From assembly GCA_030704615.1 (NCBI GenBank), contig CM060731.1, positions 81,530,001 through 81,594,000 of the forward strand: a DNA stretch of 64,000 bases. Reading direction: 5' to 3'. Each line of letters starts with the position of its first letter. The first letter of the stretch is position 1. Below the pieces are notes generated by a model. It was not told the DNA's origin, ran no database searches, and was given only the letters and a program-made list of their open reading frames with translations. The DNA is from Takakia lepidozioides (taxonomy: Eukaryota; Plantae; Bryophyta). A program made the translations under genes and the position numbers. This document shows positions 49,201-61,590 of the stretch, piece by piece.

Positions 49201-50906
49201 GAAAATGGTTAAGTCCCTGGGGTGGCTGGTACCGAAACTGGAAATTCGGCGCCATTTTTTCAGTTCCGCGCCCAGTCAGTTTTGGGACTTAGCCATTTTC
49301 AGCCCCAACTTGGGAAAATGGCGCCGAATTTCCAGTTCAGGGCCCCGAAAATGGCTAAGTCCCTGGGGTGGCTGGCAAAAATGGCGCCGAAATTCCACTT
49401 TCATTGCAGGACACCCCGGAGAGCCGGGACCACCGTGCCAACCCCGTATAGAAATTCGGCGTCATTCCCTAAAATTTACCTCGTTCACGGGACCTCATTT
49501 TGTGTGTGTTTCTTGAATGCAGGTACTGCAAGTTCTTCCTTTTGGAGAAAAGTCATCTGTCCTTCGAGCCACCATTCCTCGCATGGAGGAACCCTGGGGC
49601 TGACTCCATATATACTGACGTTATCGTGAAGGAGTGGCATCTGGAACATTTGCGCGACTGCCCTTGGTATGTGGACCTTCCGCCCGGCTCGCTTGACTCA
49701 TCCGAGTTTCAATTGAAGCTGGATGCGGAGGTCCGACGAAACCGGGCCTCCGCTGGGTCCAAAGGAGGCGAAAGGTGGCAAGGTGGCAAGGTGGACACCG
49801 AAAAGTGTCACCCCGGACCTCCTCAAAAAATGGTTCTGCATCAATACGCAGGGGTTGCGAACAGAGGGCCAGAGTGTAAGTTATCAATCTATTGCATTCA
49901 CTTCATATTGTGGTGTATCTAAACTAGACCCTGGAGTTCATCCCTCTTTTGTTGGATGTGCAGACATTGGTGTTTGAGGCATGAGAGGGTCTACGTTCAA
50001 ATTCCGCAACGACGGTCGTCTTGTTGATGCCGCTGTGGACCCTGTTACCTACGATGTCCTCTACAACTATGTGCCCCACTCCAGTATGCCGAAGGACACA
50101 AAGACAGGCAAACCGTGGCAGTACAGCCGGACCCGGAGTCCTGCTTTCATCCAAACCCTCATGGAGACGTGCTCGGATGTCCAAGGGCGGATTCTTGACC
50201 TCACATGCGGTACGGGTAAGCCTTCACGTGCACAGTTTGTCCCTTGGCCTGATTGCAATTGCATGCCGCATGCTACTAACCGCCCGCTTTGTCCCTCAGG
50301 TGCTTCAATGTGGGCAGGGACGTTGTCTGACAGGCATGTCTTCGCCTTCGAGCCAGATATTGCCCTCCACAACTCCGAACTTGCAGCGGCTGAACGTCTC
50401 CCGAAAGAGGAAGAGGCATCCTCGGAGGATGAGGAAGAATCCGACAAGGAGCAGGGGGAGGTACAAGTTGGGATGAGGAGCCCCCGGTTAACGAGTGAGT
50501 GGTCGCATTGTAAGTTGCCTCCTAATTTCGTGAGGCGCCTCCCTTCGCTATCTTATTTCATTGAAAGACCTTTTTTTGCTTCTGCTGGTATTTACATTCT
50601 TAAAGTGGATTTGTTCTTACTGCAGGAGGGACGTCTACACTGCAGTTCATGGGCAGGAGGAACACGCCTTTTTTTGCCAGGGGGGATTTCATGCCTAGTT
50701 CAGAAAGGGACTACATCCTTCCTACTTATGCTGCCCCGCTTGCTTCGGTGTCCATTATGAGGTCTTCCGAACCTAGTCGTGTACAACAGATTTTAGACGA
50801 GGCAAGCCTCAAGAAAATGAAGATGAGGGAGGATGCAGCAGCTATTAGAGCCCGTCAGGCTCGTAGATTTGTCTTGGATTATATTGGACGTCTTGATGAA
50901 GGGTAA
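46292..50906 (+). pseudogene. multi-exon gene: disordered N-terminus, ParB/Srx-like domain, helical region, N6/N4 DNA methyltransferase-like C-terminus; disrupted
   Basis: IPLCRLV...VRP...LKFSF...MFYVWDDNHRLLAW is ParB-like (DGxHR). RSPAFIQTLMETCSDVQGRILDLTCGT|GASMWAGTLSDRHVFAFEPD matches amino-MTase motifs X-I-II. GT-AG introns at about 47563-47681, 47872-47988, 48260-48343, 48471-48565, 48826-49522, 49876-49963, 50216-50299 and 50495-50625. Confidence 0.65.
48873..49400. repeat. intronic tandem array of ~146-bp internally palindromic units (3.5 copies)
   Basis: Each unit has inverted GGAAAA(A)TGGCGCCGAATTTCC and inverted AAAATGGCTAAGTCCC. Confidence 0.9.
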
Positions 50907-51374
50907 ATATATGGATAAGGGTATATCATAAAAGTATACCCTGATATACGGGTATACATCCGGGTACCTAAACTTGCCACACTAGGGCATATATATATCA
51001 ATATACCCGCCCAACTCTGGAATAAACCATTCTATGTAGTAACGTTGCTTAAAAAAATGTGCCAACTGAATAAAACTACAACTAATCACCTTCAAAGACC
51101 GTCCTAGACTGTTGGCAGATTCCCAAGTCAGACCTACTATTAACTATAAAGATCATTCACAATGTATCATTTTGTCTATATACATACATATAATGAAAGT
51201 GCAGAACATTAATGATGACACATGATTCAAAATAAGCTCCATTAGCACAACAACTAGGACCATTGAAAATGCCTCAATCAATAACATTAAACAGATATAT
51301 AGCATATAAATGCGAGAAAAAATGTTAACTCATGGGTCGCGGGATGATAGATACAAACAAGAGAAAAAATAAGG

Positions 51375-51377
<3 letters not shown>

Positions 51378-51406
<29 letters not shown>
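51378..51406. repeat. (CA)n microsatellite
   Basis: Direct reading. Confidence 0.9.
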
Positions 51407-51414
<8 letters not shown>

Positions 51415-51909
51415 CCCACTCTCGAACATAGAGTAGTAGCCGCAAGACGAAGTGGCTCTTAGTTACGCCAGCTTTGGTCGGAGTCTTCTTTCTATATATA
51501 TAGACATGACGGTATAGACCACCCGTGTAGCAAAATCAAGGAGTATAGACTAACATTTAAATCATTTTAGTTGCGTCGGCCGGAATAATCTCTATCTCTA
51601 TATCTGTAGTTTTCATTTGTAACAATAATGACACATAGACATCCAATAGATCGCCTAGTGTTGGAGCATAATACCATTTAACTGGTGCTTGTGAGTTCAA
51701 AACCACATAAATGTCTTTGCTTTATGTCATAAGGTGTCCACCTCTCCATCAGAATGCAATAGTCATTCGGTATCAAGTAATACCCAAAATTATGGTCTAT
51801 ACGTTTTTTGTTTTTTTGAACTTGTTACATTAGAGCTAGTTGAATATAATGACACACTTCTCATTTAAGGATTCTACGGTAAATAGTTCAAACTTGACAT
51901 CAATATATG

Positions 51910-53960
51910 AAGCGAGACGTTTGTTTGTTTGTTTGTTTGTTTTGTTTTGTTTTGTTTTGTAGAGTTGGGATGTCCCGAACCACAAGGCCCCAGCGCTGGT
52001 GCTTGGTACCATTGGAAAGCCCTAGACGAGGAGGGGTGCACTGGCTTGCACTCAGGATTTTGGACATGCGGTGTGGGAGATACGGAATTCCAAGTACTTT
52101 TGGTCGCTGGAAATTCACAAAAAATAGCAAAAGTGGGCATTCTTGGGACAATGGTTGGAGCCTCGACGGGAGAGATATCAAGGGAAAGGTCTCCGGTTCA
52201 AATCTGGTCTAGGCTCTCTGGAAAAAAAAATGATTAGATATGGGATTGCACTTGGACTTAGATGACACTGGACATTTGGGCCTGTACATGGGAGATGCAC
52301 TTGGATACATGAATAGAAGATTGCACTTGGGCTTAGAGGTCGCTCTTGGGCCTCGACATAGGAGACCCACTTGGATACATAAGAAATTGCACTTGGCCTT
52401 ATATTTCAATTCTTCACACATGGGCCATGACATAGGAGATGCTACTTGAATACATAGGGGATTGCACTTGGACTTAAATTTCAATTCTTAACACATGGGC
52501 CAATGGCGCAGACTACCCTAGGCCTAGATCTCCCAAACAGGAGGGTCTCTAGATACATAGGGATTGCACTTGGACTTAGATGACACTGGACACTTGGGCC
52601 AACGGCACAGGCTACCCTAGAGGTTGCACTTGGATACATGAATAGAAGATTGCACTTGGGCTTAGATTTCAATTCTTTACACATGGGCCAACGGCATAGG
52701 CTACACTAGAGGTCACACTTGGGCCTCGACATAGTAGACCCACTTGGATTCATAAGAAATTGCACTTGGGCTTAGATTTCAGTTCTTCACACATGGGCCT
52801 TGACATAGGAGACGCTACTTGAATACATAGGGGATTGCATTTGGACTTAGATTTCAATTCTTAACACATGGGCCAATGGCGCAGGCTACCCTAGGCCTAG
52901 ATCTCCCAAACAAGAGGGTCTCTAGATCCATAGGGGATTGCACTTGGAGACTTGGGCCAACGGCTCAGGCTACCCTAGGCAATATATGAATGAAGATGAT
53001 TTGTTTGTTTTGTTTTGTTTTGCTTTGTCACGTTGAGATGTCCCGAACTGCTCAGCCCTGGTGCTTGGTACCGTTGGAAAGCCCTCACGAGGAGGGGTGC
53101 ACGGGCTTGGTCTCATGATTTTTGGACATGGAGTGTGGGTGATGTCGAATTCCAAGTACTTTTGGTCGCTGGAAATTCACAAAAAATAGCAAAAATGGCA
53201 AAGTGGGCATTCCCGGGACAATGGTTGGAGCCTCCACGGGAGAGATTTCAAGGGAAGGGTCTCCGGTTCAAATCTGGTCGTAGGCTTTCTGAAAAAAAAA
53301 AAAAAACTGATTAGATATGGGATTGCATTTGGACTTAGATGACACTGGACACTAGGGCCTGGACATGGGAGACACACTTGGATATATAGGAGATTGCACT
53401 TGGGCCAACGACACAGGCTAACCTAGAGGTTGCATTTGGGCCTCGACATAGGAGACGGACTTTGATACATAGGGGATTGCACTTGGACTTAGATGACATT
53501 GGACTCTTGGGCCAACGGCAAATGCTACACTAGAGGTTGCATTTGGGCCTCGACATAGGAGACGCACTTTGATACATGGGGGATTGCACTTGGACTTAGA
53601 TGACATTGAACACTTGGGCCAATGGCACAGGCTACCGAAGCGAGACGTTTGTTTTTTTTGTTTGTTTGTTTTGTTTTGTCACGTTGAGATGTACCACTTG
53701 GGCTTAGATGAACACTTGGGCCAACGGCAGAGGCTACCCTAGTATCTATCTATTAAACAAGATAGTTTGTTTTTCGTTCTGTTTCGTTGTTGAGATCTTT
53801 CAAACCGCAAGGCCTGCGCGCAGGGTCTTCATATTGCTAGAAAGCCCTCGATGAGTAGGGGTGCATCTCGGAGGTAGTTTCATACTTTTTGGGCCTACGG
53901 TGTGGAAAATTTTAGATTTCAAGTATTTGTTATCATTGGAAATTCATGAAAAATATCAAA
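51910..53960. repeat. duplicated ~1-kb repeat unit containing GGATTGCACTTGGACTTAGAT subrepeats
   Basis: Head block at about 51920-52230 is repeated at 53000-53310 and partly at 53640-53960; many internal subrepeats. Confidence 0.8.
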
Positions 53961-54142
53961 TTGGGATTTTCTGGGGAACACACTAGACATAGGATGGGAG
54001 TTGATTGCGAGCGTGCGAGCTAACCGGTACAGTCGTCGAGATGGGACGCCCTGGCGGGGCCCGCAGTCAAATCCCCACCCCCTCAGCCTCGCCCTTGAGG
54101 CTTGTGCCTGTATTTATTCTAGCGACGACCGAAGGTCGAAAG

Positions 54143-55743
54143 CAGTGTTGGACCGGTATCATAAACATTTCATACGAGCTAGGGTCTGGTCTCGTCGGTG
54201 AAGCTACCTCCTTCATACCTGGCAGGTAATGGTATCAAAGTATATATCAAATTTTTAATGTACCAGTCTGGTATGTATATTGTTTTTTCTTGGCCTGGTA
54301 TGGTATGGTATCAGTATTGCAATTTTCAAGAGAGACAGAGAGAAGACTCCGGCCGAGGCCGGCATAACTAAGAGCCACTTCGTCTTGCGGCTACTGCCCC
54401 CTTTCGGGGGTGGGCCCTATAGCAAAAAAGTGTCCAGGGGGACACCAGGTGACCATTAAGAATAGAGGGGGCGAGGGTATCCTGGGGGGCCTAAGGTGCG
54501 TTTGAAGTGTCGGATTCCAGTTGGTGTTTGTTGGTGATAATAGCTGTGAGTGAACGGAGTGCCGTGAGATGGATTTCTTTGAAACATTTGTGGATGGGAA
54601 GAATGAGAATTTGGAAGTTATCGTGTATGTTTGTGATACTGGCATTATGAATGCCATCTCGAGTGCCGGCTGCGATGCCAGTTAACGGGCCGGTTTTCCA
54701 GCCATGCCTTCGGAGTGCAAGGATAAGCGGGGCATATTTTTGACGTTTTTCTAAGATTGAATCGTTTGGATAACGATCATGGCAAAATGTGAATTCAATG
54801 AAATGGATGGTGAGTTGTGGGGATGGTGAGGTGGGGGGTAAAGTATTGATAGGTAGACCTTGGACGAGGAGTATGTCCGAGCAAAGTCGAGCTTGGCATG
54901 AGCATGGTGATCGGGTACATATACATGGTAGTAGCCACGGTGGTACTGTGTGGTCGGGTGGCCGTCCCTGGTAGGTGCCTGCATTCATGAGCGAGAACCA
55001 ACGGGTTTCAGCACGTTTTAGAAAGAGCTTGTGGAGGTGCCAGACTGTTTGGTTATGACGCGTGATATGCAAGCCATGTATAACTGGGTGTGTACATTGG
55101 CTGAGGAGATGTGGCCAAGTGTCACGAGCTTGGTGGGTGGTTGCACATAACGGGCAGTATGGCAGATGTGGCCAGAAGATGTGTTTGCGCTGGTGACCTA
55201 TGTATTGGGCATATCGGACTTTGAATGTTTGTCAGATTTGTGTGTCGGTGGTGGCTTTGGTTAGCCAGAAATGATTGGAGAGTTTATGGTGTAGAAATCT
55301 CCATGGCAGGTATAAAATTGGACAAATTTTTGAATGGTAAAATCAGAGCACTCTACTCTTCTTCTTCAACAAGCTAGCGTCCCCCAAGGTCATTTTCACG
55401 CTCCTCTAGCAACTCAGCTCCTGCAGAATAGTATTTTGAAACTGATTGCTTAGCCAGTGGGCAACCCATACTCTCCATTGCTGCACCCTAAATCCCTAAC
55501 GCTCCACATATTGACACCTAGGGTGCAAGCGACAGCGGAAGACGGAGTATTGGTATTGACAAAGCTGCGTTCTTTGCAATACTAGGCTGGTCTGGTAGGA
55601 GCCCAGGTATTAGCATTTCGCTATATTACCCCCAATATGTTCTGCCCAGGGTACCGCCTATACCCGCTTGGTCTGGTACCCTGCTGCGATACCCTCACCC
55701 GTGCTGATAGCCCGCCTCGCCCCCATATACCGGTGCAACACTG
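54143..55743. mobile_element. non-autonomous hAT-like TIR element, with a LINE fragment inside
   Basis: 17-bp TIRs CAGTGTTGGACCGGTAT / ATACCGGTGCAACACTG (one mismatch); 8-bp flanks GTCGAAAG / GTCAGAAG (6 of 8 match). Confidence 0.6.
54335..55290 (-). mobile_element. 5'-truncated non-LTR retrotransposon with restriction-like endonuclease (RLE) C-terminus
   Basis: CPLC...DTWPHLLSQC...TRHN...DILLV...FIEFTFC...KRQKY, followed by a 3' UTR. Confidence 0.8.
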
Positions 55744-56090
55744 GTCAGAAGCTAGTTTAGCATAGAGCAGGGTGCCATAGTGCCTCGTCATCATCGCCAT
55801 GTCATTGTCACCACGTCATCGTCGTCAAATTGTTTATAATCTGCCCGGATTGCCCGAAAATAACCGGGCGAGGTTGCAGAGCGGGGAGAAGGATGATGTC
55901 GTCCGCTCGTGCTTGAGCGCCCAGGGGTTTCACACACCGATCTCATAGGGAGATCCTACATGGTGATGCTGCACAACCTTTTCCATCTTGCAAAAAATCT
56001 GCAAATTTTACAAATATCTCGTTGGCCGACGAGAGTGCTGAGAGGCAGTCCTCGTCGTCTCTTTTGTGAGTTGCTTGCTTGCTCGCAGCG

Positions 56091-57055
56091 ATGGCTCCCT
56101 CGGTGGCGGCCAAGGGTGCAGGGCCCAAGGGCAGGAAGAAGGCGCAGACCTTCACCATCGACTGTGGCAAGCCCGTGGAAGACAAGATCATGGATATTGC
56201 CTCCTTTGAGAAGTTCTTGCAGGACCGTATCAAGGTAGGGGGCAAGGCAGGAGTATTGGCAGACGTCGTCACCATCGTCCGCGAGAAGCACAGGATTAGC
56301 GTCACTTCCGAGAGCTCTTCTCCAAAAGGTAAGTCGTGTTGTTCCGTTTGGAAACAGGCTTCTCTTGGGTTGGACTGGATGTTACAACCAGGATATAGAG
56401 TTGGATATACCCCCAGGCGAGCGAGTGTGCAAGAAAAGGAACTGATGTAGGGTGTGCTCTGATACAAAATTCGCCTTTACTGCACGCTCCTTATCTCGCA
56501 GTCTATGGTTGGGGAAAATCAGCGTATTATAATAAACTACCTATAGGGATAGTGCATTCCATGAGTTAGAAAAGCAGTGTGCCTCTCAAGCATACCTACG
56601 TCTCAGATTTCCTCATAGTAAGTTCTCGATAAGTTCACACACAATTTTGAGATTTCATGCCTCTACGCAGATCTCAGTTGAAAAGGATCAGTGATTTCTG
56701 AACAATCCGACGTCGGTTGCGGTGCGAGGCATCGGCATATCACCATTGAGTGAATTCTGCCTCGCATTGGGGTGGCAGCGGTCAATCTCATTTGGCGATT
56801 TATACTCCATGTCTTGTTTGTTGCTAGGGACGCCTGCCATGTTTGTCTGTCTCTTGTCAGACGATTTACCACAGTTATCCCATCTGAGGCAGAATATTGG
56901 TGGGCGTGGCAGGTACTTGAAGTACTTGACAAAGAAGTATCTGAAGAAGCACAACGTGAGGGATCAATTGGTTGCGAGTCATTGCTTCCAACAAGGACCG
57001 CAATATCTACGAGTTGCCCTACATTGCGGACAATGAGGCTGAAGAAGAGGATTAA
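56091..57055 (+). pseudogene. RPL22: 60S ribosomal protein L22, intron-containing, frameshifted
   Basis: Exon 56091-56328 ([29 protein letters not shown]) and exon 56913-57055 ([17 protein letters not shown]). A 4-nt insertion CAAT at 56965-68 precedes [11 protein letters not shown]. Confidence 0.85.
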
Positions 57056-58619
57056 GGTGCAAATTGCTTGGACGAATGGTTGGGAGCATTAAATATTCAT
57101 CAAGGACATAGTGTACGCTGGGGAATCTCCAGTGGTCATCAAATTTTGCAGATCTAAATCACAGTAATGGCATGTTTTTTTCGCTTGGGCAGTTTGTTTT
57201 TAGTATATACACCTCAAGGTCATTGTAATTCAATACTTCCGGAAAAATTGAAGCACTTGTGTCGTATCTCTATAGTGTGCATGTGTGCAACACAGGACGT
57301 ACAGAAATTCCATCTTGAAGTTCCATCAAGTTCTACCATCTAACTGATTTGCTCCAGAGTTCAGGCAGTGCCTCAGCTTGTGTCAAGCTTCTTAGCACTT
57401 GATGCAGTAAAGATTGCCCGGCAAAGCACACTACTAAATTTTAAGCTGGGAAAATTTGAAGGGCCATGGGTTGCATGAAACTGTTCATCTTAGAAGGTGC
57501 ATTAGATCCTTCTCACAAACTCGTCATTCCCACATTTGACTTAGGTACATGGAGGTGGATGGAAGTGCAAAACCACATGACCACTTTTCCGGGTCATGGC
57601 TGACCTCGGCATTAATGGAAGTTTCCTGCATGCATAGTAACTCGTAGGTAGGTGGGCCAGAGACTTTCCCAATGTTCCAACTGCAACGCAGTCAGGGATC
57701 ATGCCCTCCTGATCTTCTTCGGTTGCAGTCACGAGCAATAACCCAAGTGCTAAGCTAACCCAGTAGAAGCAGAAGACTAGCCTGCAACAAAAATACATAT
57801 ATAACCTGCAGGTGAAGAGTCTAAGCTACATAGAGTACGCCATTCATCACCAGGATGTAGGTACTGTGCGATGACACTGATTCACAAAATCGATATCAAA
57901 GATCGACAGTCGCTTGCGCCTTACTTCAACCTAAGATCTCTGTTCAAGGAGCGCCAGCATAAACGTTCCGCACCAACTGGGATACGAGGGGATATCGAGT
58001 CTATATAAACAATAAGACAAACTTGCAGTAGGCATGGGCATCAATCACAAGTTTACAAAGGAAGTTCAAGTGCTGGTAGATGATTGACAGAGTACAGTTT
58101 CCAAACAGGTCGGCCAGCATGCTTGGTCACTTGAGTGCTCAGAAAAGTGCAAAATGTTGCGAAGAGGTTAATATGATACATCAAGATGCGTTCAAGACGT
58201 CGTCAGTGGTGGTAGTCTAACCATATACAAAAAGACGCCCAAGGGATATTTTACTGTCTTAACGCCATCTCCCTAGTACCTATTGCAGACACTTGAGAGA
58301 TGCTGTTTGGTGTTCACTAATAGGTCCCAGCAGGCCTGGCAAAATATGAACTATGTACAGTCTACGCGTAAACTTCATCAATCTGGCAGAGTAATTACAA
58401 GTTGAAGGAAGCCTGTCATTCCTCAACACCAGACATGGCAAGAATCCAAGGCTCCACTATCTCATAATAAACCTGAGGTCGCCATCAGATCTTTCATCAC
58501 AATAGTTGTCACCACATCTGCAACCACAGGATATCCATTAAACAGGTCAGTTCGGTTAAGTGTCTCAAACTCAAAACCGTGAACATTATATCTACAACAA
58601 TGCTCGGAGCTGGAGCTAC

Positions 58620-60014
58620 GGTCAGTAGCAATCACACGGTGCCGGGCAGAAAAAACAACATTCATGAACTTGTCTTGAAGCTGGAAGACAGGAGTGGAGG
58701 AATCGTTTTCTCTTACCACTCCTGGCCCTTGACCTTCTGTCCTTGTTCCGCTTTTTGAGCAATTTGTGGTGCTGATGCGACGTAGCCTGACCACACAAGG
58801 GTCACAATGAGAGGATGCACCACCTAATTAGCAATGTCGACTAATTCTGCGTGAAAACAAGCACTCAAGCTAACTGGTAGAATACATATTCTTTCGAGGG
58901 CTTACAAATCAGATACTCAAGGAAAACTAACATGAAATATGTAGTACCGGCATCCTGCACATGCATGGCTGTTTCCCTTATTAATCCGCCAATTTTTTTT
59001 CATGATCCCAACATGGATCCCATTCATGAAGTCGTTCTCTGGTGATTGTTTAACCTGGGTAGAATAAAGTGGCCCATACATGGTCCATAGAGTGCTATAT
59101 GGTCCTGAAGATGAGAGATCAGTGAAGCTTGCACATAGAAAATTACTGAACGTCCTGAAAGTACCTCTTTAATATCGCCTTTGCCTAAGGTGAACTCACT
59201 TGCCGCAACCTTCTCTTGGACCTCCTTAAGAATTCCTGCAACCGATGCAGCAGTGGAATTGGCCGCCAGCTTCAAGGATTTTTTGGGCACTCTGCATCAA
59301 TCGAGGTGAGTGTTTAGGTCAAAGTCTGCTTCATTTGGACTCATAAATAACCTTTACACTGATGAGCCTAGTTCACACGCGCAGCAGACGGTAATTAATA
59401 TGATTCTAGAACCACTGTGAAGCTTGCACACAATCATGCATCATATGTTCTGACATAGGAGCATTTCGAGATCAAGTTCTCTTACAACTAAAACTCATCT
59501 GTTACGGAATCGTGCTGGACAAACTGTTGCAAAAACCGTATAAAACATGGAGCATATGAACCTACCCATCAGCAGGTGAGATTGAAAGTTCTTTAACCGA
59601 GGCCGCCATCTCCTGAACTTCTTCAGTGCCTCCAACCAAAGCCACCTTCTCCATAAGCTTGATAGACTCGGAGCTTATGGGGATGGATATCCGCGTCGAC
59701 CTTGCGAGGGGCAACCGCTTTCCACTCCCTCCGTATACGGAAGAGGCTTCTTCAGTGGAGGCCGTCCCAAGCTTAGGAGGTGATTTTAGTTGCCGTCCAC
59801 CCCAATGCTGCTCCTTTGAGCGATGGAGGCGGCAACGAAAGGAGCCAGCGTGTTCGGTAGGTGCACAAAGGCAAGCCATCTGACTAGTTCTTGTTGGTAC
59901 TTCCCGGACGGATTCCCGATGCAGTTCAGTTGATCGATGGAGGCGGCAGCGAAAGGAACCAGGGTGATCGGTAGGTGCACAAAGACAAGCCATCGAACGG
60001 CTCCCGGTTGTCAT
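58620..60014 (-). CDS. plant 'serine-rich protein-related' family protein with two CxCxPTxHxGSFRCRLH motifs; probably spliced
   Basis: Exon 60014-59566 carries both motifs and splices in frame to 59291-59165. A possible third exon starts at 58786; the 3' end is uncertain. Confidence 0.7.
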
Positions 60015-61428
60015 TTTAAGACTGATCGATACTAACCTTGGTCTTTCTATGTACAGATGACACTCCTTGTATTGAACTTAAATTTTCAGATATATAGATA
60101 TAAGATTGAAGCACTTGCGAAGCTCCGTGAGCCTTCGTCTAATCTGACATAACAAAAAACTGAAACACGTTAATGGACAAACATGAAGAAATGTCCCGCA
60201 ACCTGGGTAGAAGGCGCCTAGTACGTAATCGAGATTGGACACTAAAGAAAGTTTACTAAATGCTTACAAAGCAGACATCCGGCAGTCACAAGTCCATTAC
60301 GAAAGCTCCACTATGATCTCAAGTTCGTGGAACAGACGATCTCTAGGAACACATCCGGTGGTCAAACCGTGAGGTGTACAGCAAATTGCTCGATCGATAA
60401 GAGAAAGAAATCTAGGTCCGTTAAGAGATGAGAACTCGCCGAGACTGCTGTCAGGTTGGAAATGGAAAAGGATATTAGGACTAGATCTAGTATGTACAGA
60501 CTGCTGTCTGCAATCAAATTGACCAAAGAAGTGGGAAAAAATGCAAAACGATCGATGACCTAGACACTACATGCATGCAGAGTTTGCTACAAAGATGACT
60601 GAGCCAATCAGTAGGAGCATCAGCAAGAGATTCAATCGAGTACGAGCATGACGGTAGGTACTTCAAGAATCAGAAGCCCCACGTTAAATACACCAACAGA
60701 TCCACGGAAATGGCTCCAGACTCACTAGGAGGGTCGAATATATTTGCAAGAAACCTCTCCGCCTCGCACTTCTGAGAGAAACAGCCTGGCAAGCCGTAAG
60801 CCTGAAAGGCGATGTCAACCGCGGCTGAAAAACTTGAACTGTGGAACTAAAAGCATGCAAACATGTAGAGAGAGTAACGGGAACTACCGATACAAATACT
60901 TCTGCTGCTACTCTCCGGCACACATCCACAGCCTCCGCTCCACAGCGTTCACGCCCTCACTGATATACGACCACGCAAAACACAAATGAAGGAAGAAGAT
61001 TGGCGACTCAAACTGTACTGGATAACACAACCCTCCCTCGCGGGCTCCTGTGTATATATAGCCTGCGTGCTGCCCTCGTCGACTGCCACACTTTTTCTAA
61101 ACGGGCACCCGCTCTCATCTACTTTTACCTTGTTGGCCGTAAATAGCTACTTTTCTTTTTTCTAGTTTTACTTTATAATAAATAAAAATGTAAAATATAA
61201 ATAACTAATGTTTTTCCCATCCTTTTACAAAAAGTTAATTTTATTTTTTTATTTTTATTTTTTTGAGGAAAAGGGGAGGAAGCCCTTGAGAGGTTAGTTT
61301 TCCCCTTTTGACAAACAGAAATTAGTGGGCCATTTTGGGGTTTCAGAAAACATTTAACTAATTAACACTATTAGAAACTCCGAATTTTCCCTTTTACCCT
61401 GAAAGGGATGCGATCCCCATAGAGTTTA

Positions 61429-61590
61429 GGGTTTGTAGCTCAGCTGGTAAGTGCACAGTGTGTCGCCCTGGTGGTTCGGGGTTCAAACCCGCTGCCCTGC
61501 CCCGTGTGTGGGATTGTTCGTGACGGTATGTCTGGGCGTTAATCGTCCTGTAGGTCTCATGGCCCATAAATGAAAGGGGGTTAATTTTTC
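61429..61590 (+). mobile_element. tRNA-derived SINE or tRNA pseudogene
   Basis: Pol III A box TAGCTCAGCTGG (61436-47) and B box GGTTCAAACCC (61480-90); no clean acceptor or anticodon stem. Confidence 0.55.

Larger units (their letters stand above)
12890..50906. mobile_element. large Mutator(MULE)-like DNA element carrying a ParB/N6-N4-MTase-like gene; true ends not identified
   Basis: Split transposase gene (-), divergent accessory gene (+), and the same AAAATGGCGCCGAATTT-type motif clustered at 12890-13190, 43423-45030 and 48873-49400. No TIR or TSD was found. Confidence 0.5.

Noticed and set aside
61429-61500. Functional tRNA gene
   Set aside because: A and B boxes are present, but the acceptor and anticodon stems do not pair properly.
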